A DNA stretch of 24,000 nucleotides. Source: an uncultured Coriobacteriaceae bacterium. GTDB taxonomy: Bacteria; Actinomycetota; Coriobacteriia; Coriobacteriales; Atopobiaceae. The position numbers and the translations under genes are program-made. Where the stretch lies: the NCBI GenBank assembly GCA_902782635.1, contig CACZNT010000058.1, positions 4,173 to 28,172 on the forward strand, read 5' to 3'. Below the pieces are notes generated by a model. It saw nothing but the letters and a program-made list of their open reading frames with translations. It ran no database searches and was not told the origin of the DNA. Positions within the stretch are counted from its first letter, which is position 1; every line of letters starts with the position of its first letter. Positions 22,025-24,000 of the stretch are shown here, piece by piece.

Positions 22025-22068
22025 GCGCTCAGCACGATCGATGATATCTCTCGATCGAGCTTGAGCGC
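22025..22068. terminator. bidirectional hairpin between the convergent peptide gene and the DUF218 gene
   Basis: In GCGCTCAgcaCGATCGAtgatatctcTCGATCGagctTGAGCGC, two stacked stems form: GCGCTCA/TGAGCGC and CGATCGA/TCGATCG. Confidence 0.5.
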
Positions 22069-22089
22069 GATCTGCCTTGCCCTCGCGGC

Positions 22090-23604
22090 CTACCCCCCGA
22101 AGATCGCCGAGGACTCCCCCATCAGGAAGAGGGCGTATCCCGCCAGGACGTAAATCGACACGATGGCCAAGTAGGTGATGAGGATGCCCTTCCACCTGGA
22201 CGCCAGCAGGCCCGCGAACTCACGCAGGAACGCGTTCGGCCAGAAGTAGGCGCGCGTGCGGCTTCCCATGCCCTGCGCGGCCATGCCGGCCCGATGGGCG
22301 CACACGTAGCCGCGGAACACGTGGTAGTTGGTAGTCGAGAACCCCACGCGCAGCTCGCTCGCATCGCGACCCGCGTGCTCCTCGATCACCTTTCTGGAGA
22401 ATTCCATGTTCTCGTTCGTGGTGGCGGAGCGGTCCTCCAGCACGATGCGATCGGCGCTCACGCCTCGCGACACGAGGTAGTCGCGCATGCTCTGGGCCTC
22501 GGAGATCACCTCGTCGGGCCCCTGCCCGCCGCTGGGCACGAAGGTGGCGGGAGCGCCGCCGGCCTCCACGCACTTGGCGTCAAACTCCCGCGCGCGGTCC
22601 ACGCGCCCCGCCAGCAGCGGCGAGGGCGTCCCGTCGGCGCGAATGCCGCAGCCCAGCATCACCAGGTAGTCCACAGGCACGGCGGGCTCCATGCGCGACG
22701 CCATCCACGCGCATAGCATGGTGACGAGCAGCAGGCACTCCCCATAGCTGATGGCAACGGCGATGCACGACTCGACGATCTGCATCGTCGCAAAGGGGAT
22801 GCTCGCAGCGGCGCCGATGTTCCACCACTCGAGCCAGAGCCAAATGGCGGCCAGCCACAGCAGGCTCACTATGACGCCCAGCAGGTTGACGGGGCGCATG
22901 CCCTCGCGGCGGATGAGAACGAGGTTGCTCAGGGAGACCAGCAGGCACAGCAGCGCCATGGGGATGAGGCCGATGATGGTGAACATGTCCGCTGCCGAGG
23001 TCAGCATGTATGCCAGGTCGCTGAAGCTGCGCAGGCTGCCCCGGACGAGCAAGTAGGAGAACAGCAGGAACTGGAAGAAGAGGAACATCGCGCCGCCGCA
23101 CGCGGCCACCATGCCATAGTCGAACCAGCGGGCACACTTCAGCTCCGAGAGCGCGCTCGCGCACAGCGCCGCGGACACGCCGAAGAGGATGCAGGTGCAT
23201 ATGAGGATGGATTCCCAGCCGGAGAAGTCTATGCCGGCGCATATGATGGCCCCGTTGCGCACTTGCATGTTCCAGTAGGTCGACAGCATCTCGTCGCCGA
23301 ACGTCACGTCGGTCGCGCCATCCGCCACGGCCTCGAACGTGACGCACGCCGAGTCGCCGATCCCGTAGCTCACATTGGTGGCGCGCACCACGCCAGCGTC
23401 GGCAATGTGCACGTCATCAAGGCCAAAGCGGGAGAAGCCCTCGCCCTCGAAATAGGGCGGCGTCCACACCTCGTAGGTCGAGCACACCGAGCGGATGTGA
23501 AGGTAGCAACCAACGGCCATCGCGACCACGAGCGGTATGAGGATCAGAAATCGGCGCCAGAGGTTCTTCGGCGGGAGGGCGATGCCTGCGGCAGCATTGG
23601 TCAT
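22090..23604 (-). CDS. polytopic membrane protein with a C-terminal DUF218 (YdcF/SanA/ElyC-like) domain
   Basis: RBS GAGGAGAAACC lies before the ATG at 23604. An N-terminal TM helix and a ~100-aa extracytoplasmic segment are followed by about 6 TM helices. The DUF218 motifs are YLVMLGCGIRADGTPSPLLAGRVDRA, VPSGGQG and EDRSATTNENMEFS. A final TM helix closes the protein. Confidence 0.8.
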   Translation of the reverse strand: MTNAAAGIALPPKNLWRRFLILIPLVVAMAVGCYLHIRSVCSTYEVWTPPYFEGEGFSRFGLDDVHIADAGVVRATNVSYGIGDSACVTFEAVADGATDVTFGDEMLSTYWNMQVRNGAIICAGIDFSGWESILICTCILFGVSAALCASALSELKCARWFDYGMVAACGGAMFLFFQFLLFSYLLVRGSLRSFSDLAYMLTSAADMFTIIGLIPMALLCLLVSLSNLVLIRREGMRPVNLLGVIVSLLWLAAIWLWLEWWNIGAAASIPFATMQIVESCIAVAISYGECLLLVTMLCAWMASRMEPAVPVDYLVMLGCGIRADGTPSPLLAGRVDRAREFDAKCVEAGGAPATFVPSGGQGPDEVISEAQSMRDYLVSRGVSADRIVLEDRSATTNENMEFSRKVIEEHAGRDASELRVGFSTTNYHVFRGYVCAHRAGMAAQGMGSRTRAYFWPNAFLREFAGLLASRWKGILITYLAIVSIYVLAGYALFLMGESSAIFGG

Positions 23605-24000
23605 GGTTTCTCCTCGGCCGCCATTCTGCGGGAAAGCGCCTGCTACTCTCCACAGAAGATATCACGTATGCGAAAGATGACCCGCCCATTCTCGAAATGG
23701 CGCAAGTGGTGCCCCCGCCGTGCGGTAGTCAAGCCCAGAGCCGAGACTTGTGTCATAAACATACTGCCGACGTCAGCATCTTCTCCATTCAGCTCGTCAT
23801 ACATAAATTCATGCTGGATGCCTGAATGGCAACCCATGATGACAATTGATCATCGTAGGGGAAATCTTGTCAATGAAGTATTCGAGGACCGAGTCTCGCA
23901 CTTGCTCATCGTCGAAGCCGGTATTTGTCTACTTCTCAAAGCATACGAACTTCCAGTAGTACGATGGGGGGGACATTTCCCTACAGCTATAGATGTGAGA

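Noticed and set aside
16966-22035. Two giant minus-strand ORFs, 16966..19449 (827 aa) and 19549..22035 (828 aa), that could be read as large novel proteins.
   Set aside because: - They are exactly antisense to plus-strand genes that carry strong motif evidence (GRE, GRE activase, paralogs with RBSs and GC3 bias).
- Their translations are low-complexity and rich in R/A/G/H/E/D/V/L, typical of stop-poor antisense frames in high-GC DNA.
- They have no RBS, and they begin or end inside the repeat elements at 19373-19580.
23643-23837. The 64-aa minus-strand ORF in the low-GC edge as a gene call.
   Set aside because: - It has no recognisable family and no clear RBS.
- It abuts another frame, which suggests a frameshift.
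- It lies at the window edge.
- It is reported only as part of the compositional-shift finding.

Overview
High-GC segment (two 60-nt lines counted by hand: 43/60 G+C at 20701-20760, 27/60 at 23761-23820). Gene content suggests an anaerobic actinobacterium, possibly Coriobacteriia-like; this is inference only. The ORF track displays GTG starts as M, so several starts were re-derived from RBS position.

Gene order:
- 2-568: 3' end of a MurE-like Mur ligase.
- 603-1517: HAD-IIB hydrolase.
- 1698-10432, minus strand: a ten-gene nucleoside uptake and salvage block, deoB-deoD-(BMP lipoprotein, double ATPase, two permeases)-cdd-pdp.
- 10732-12575: divergent psuK-psuG pseudouridine catabolism pair.
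- 12643-13869: unknown five-TM membrane protein.
- 14181-16865: MgtA-type Mg2+ P-type ATPase, preceded by a ~150-nt leader carrying a strongly SD-led 19-codon ORF.
- 17002-19371: YjjI-like small glycyl-radical enzyme with its YjjW-like activase.
- 19678-21687: two tandem paralogous helical proteins of unknown function.
- 21814-21996: 60-codon ORF that looks like a Nif11-type double-glycine RiPP or bacteriocin precursor.
- 22090-23604: convergent polytopic DUF218 (YdcF/SanA-like) membrane protein.
- about 23640-24000: abrupt low-GC edge.

Intergenic DNA carries a palindromic repeat family (GGGGAC/GTCCCC plus TGTCAC/GTGACA cores), two pairs of ~50-bp direct repeats, and a 177-bp composite repeat element. 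No rRNA, tRNA, CRISPR array, transposase, integrase or transcription-factor gene was recognised. The long ORFs antisense to these genes are treated as high-GC artefacts.

Best candidate for something undescribed: the leader-peptide-like gene with its two uncharacterised paralogs (19678-22068). Next are the orphan YjjI/YjjW glycyl-radical pair and the mgtA leader.
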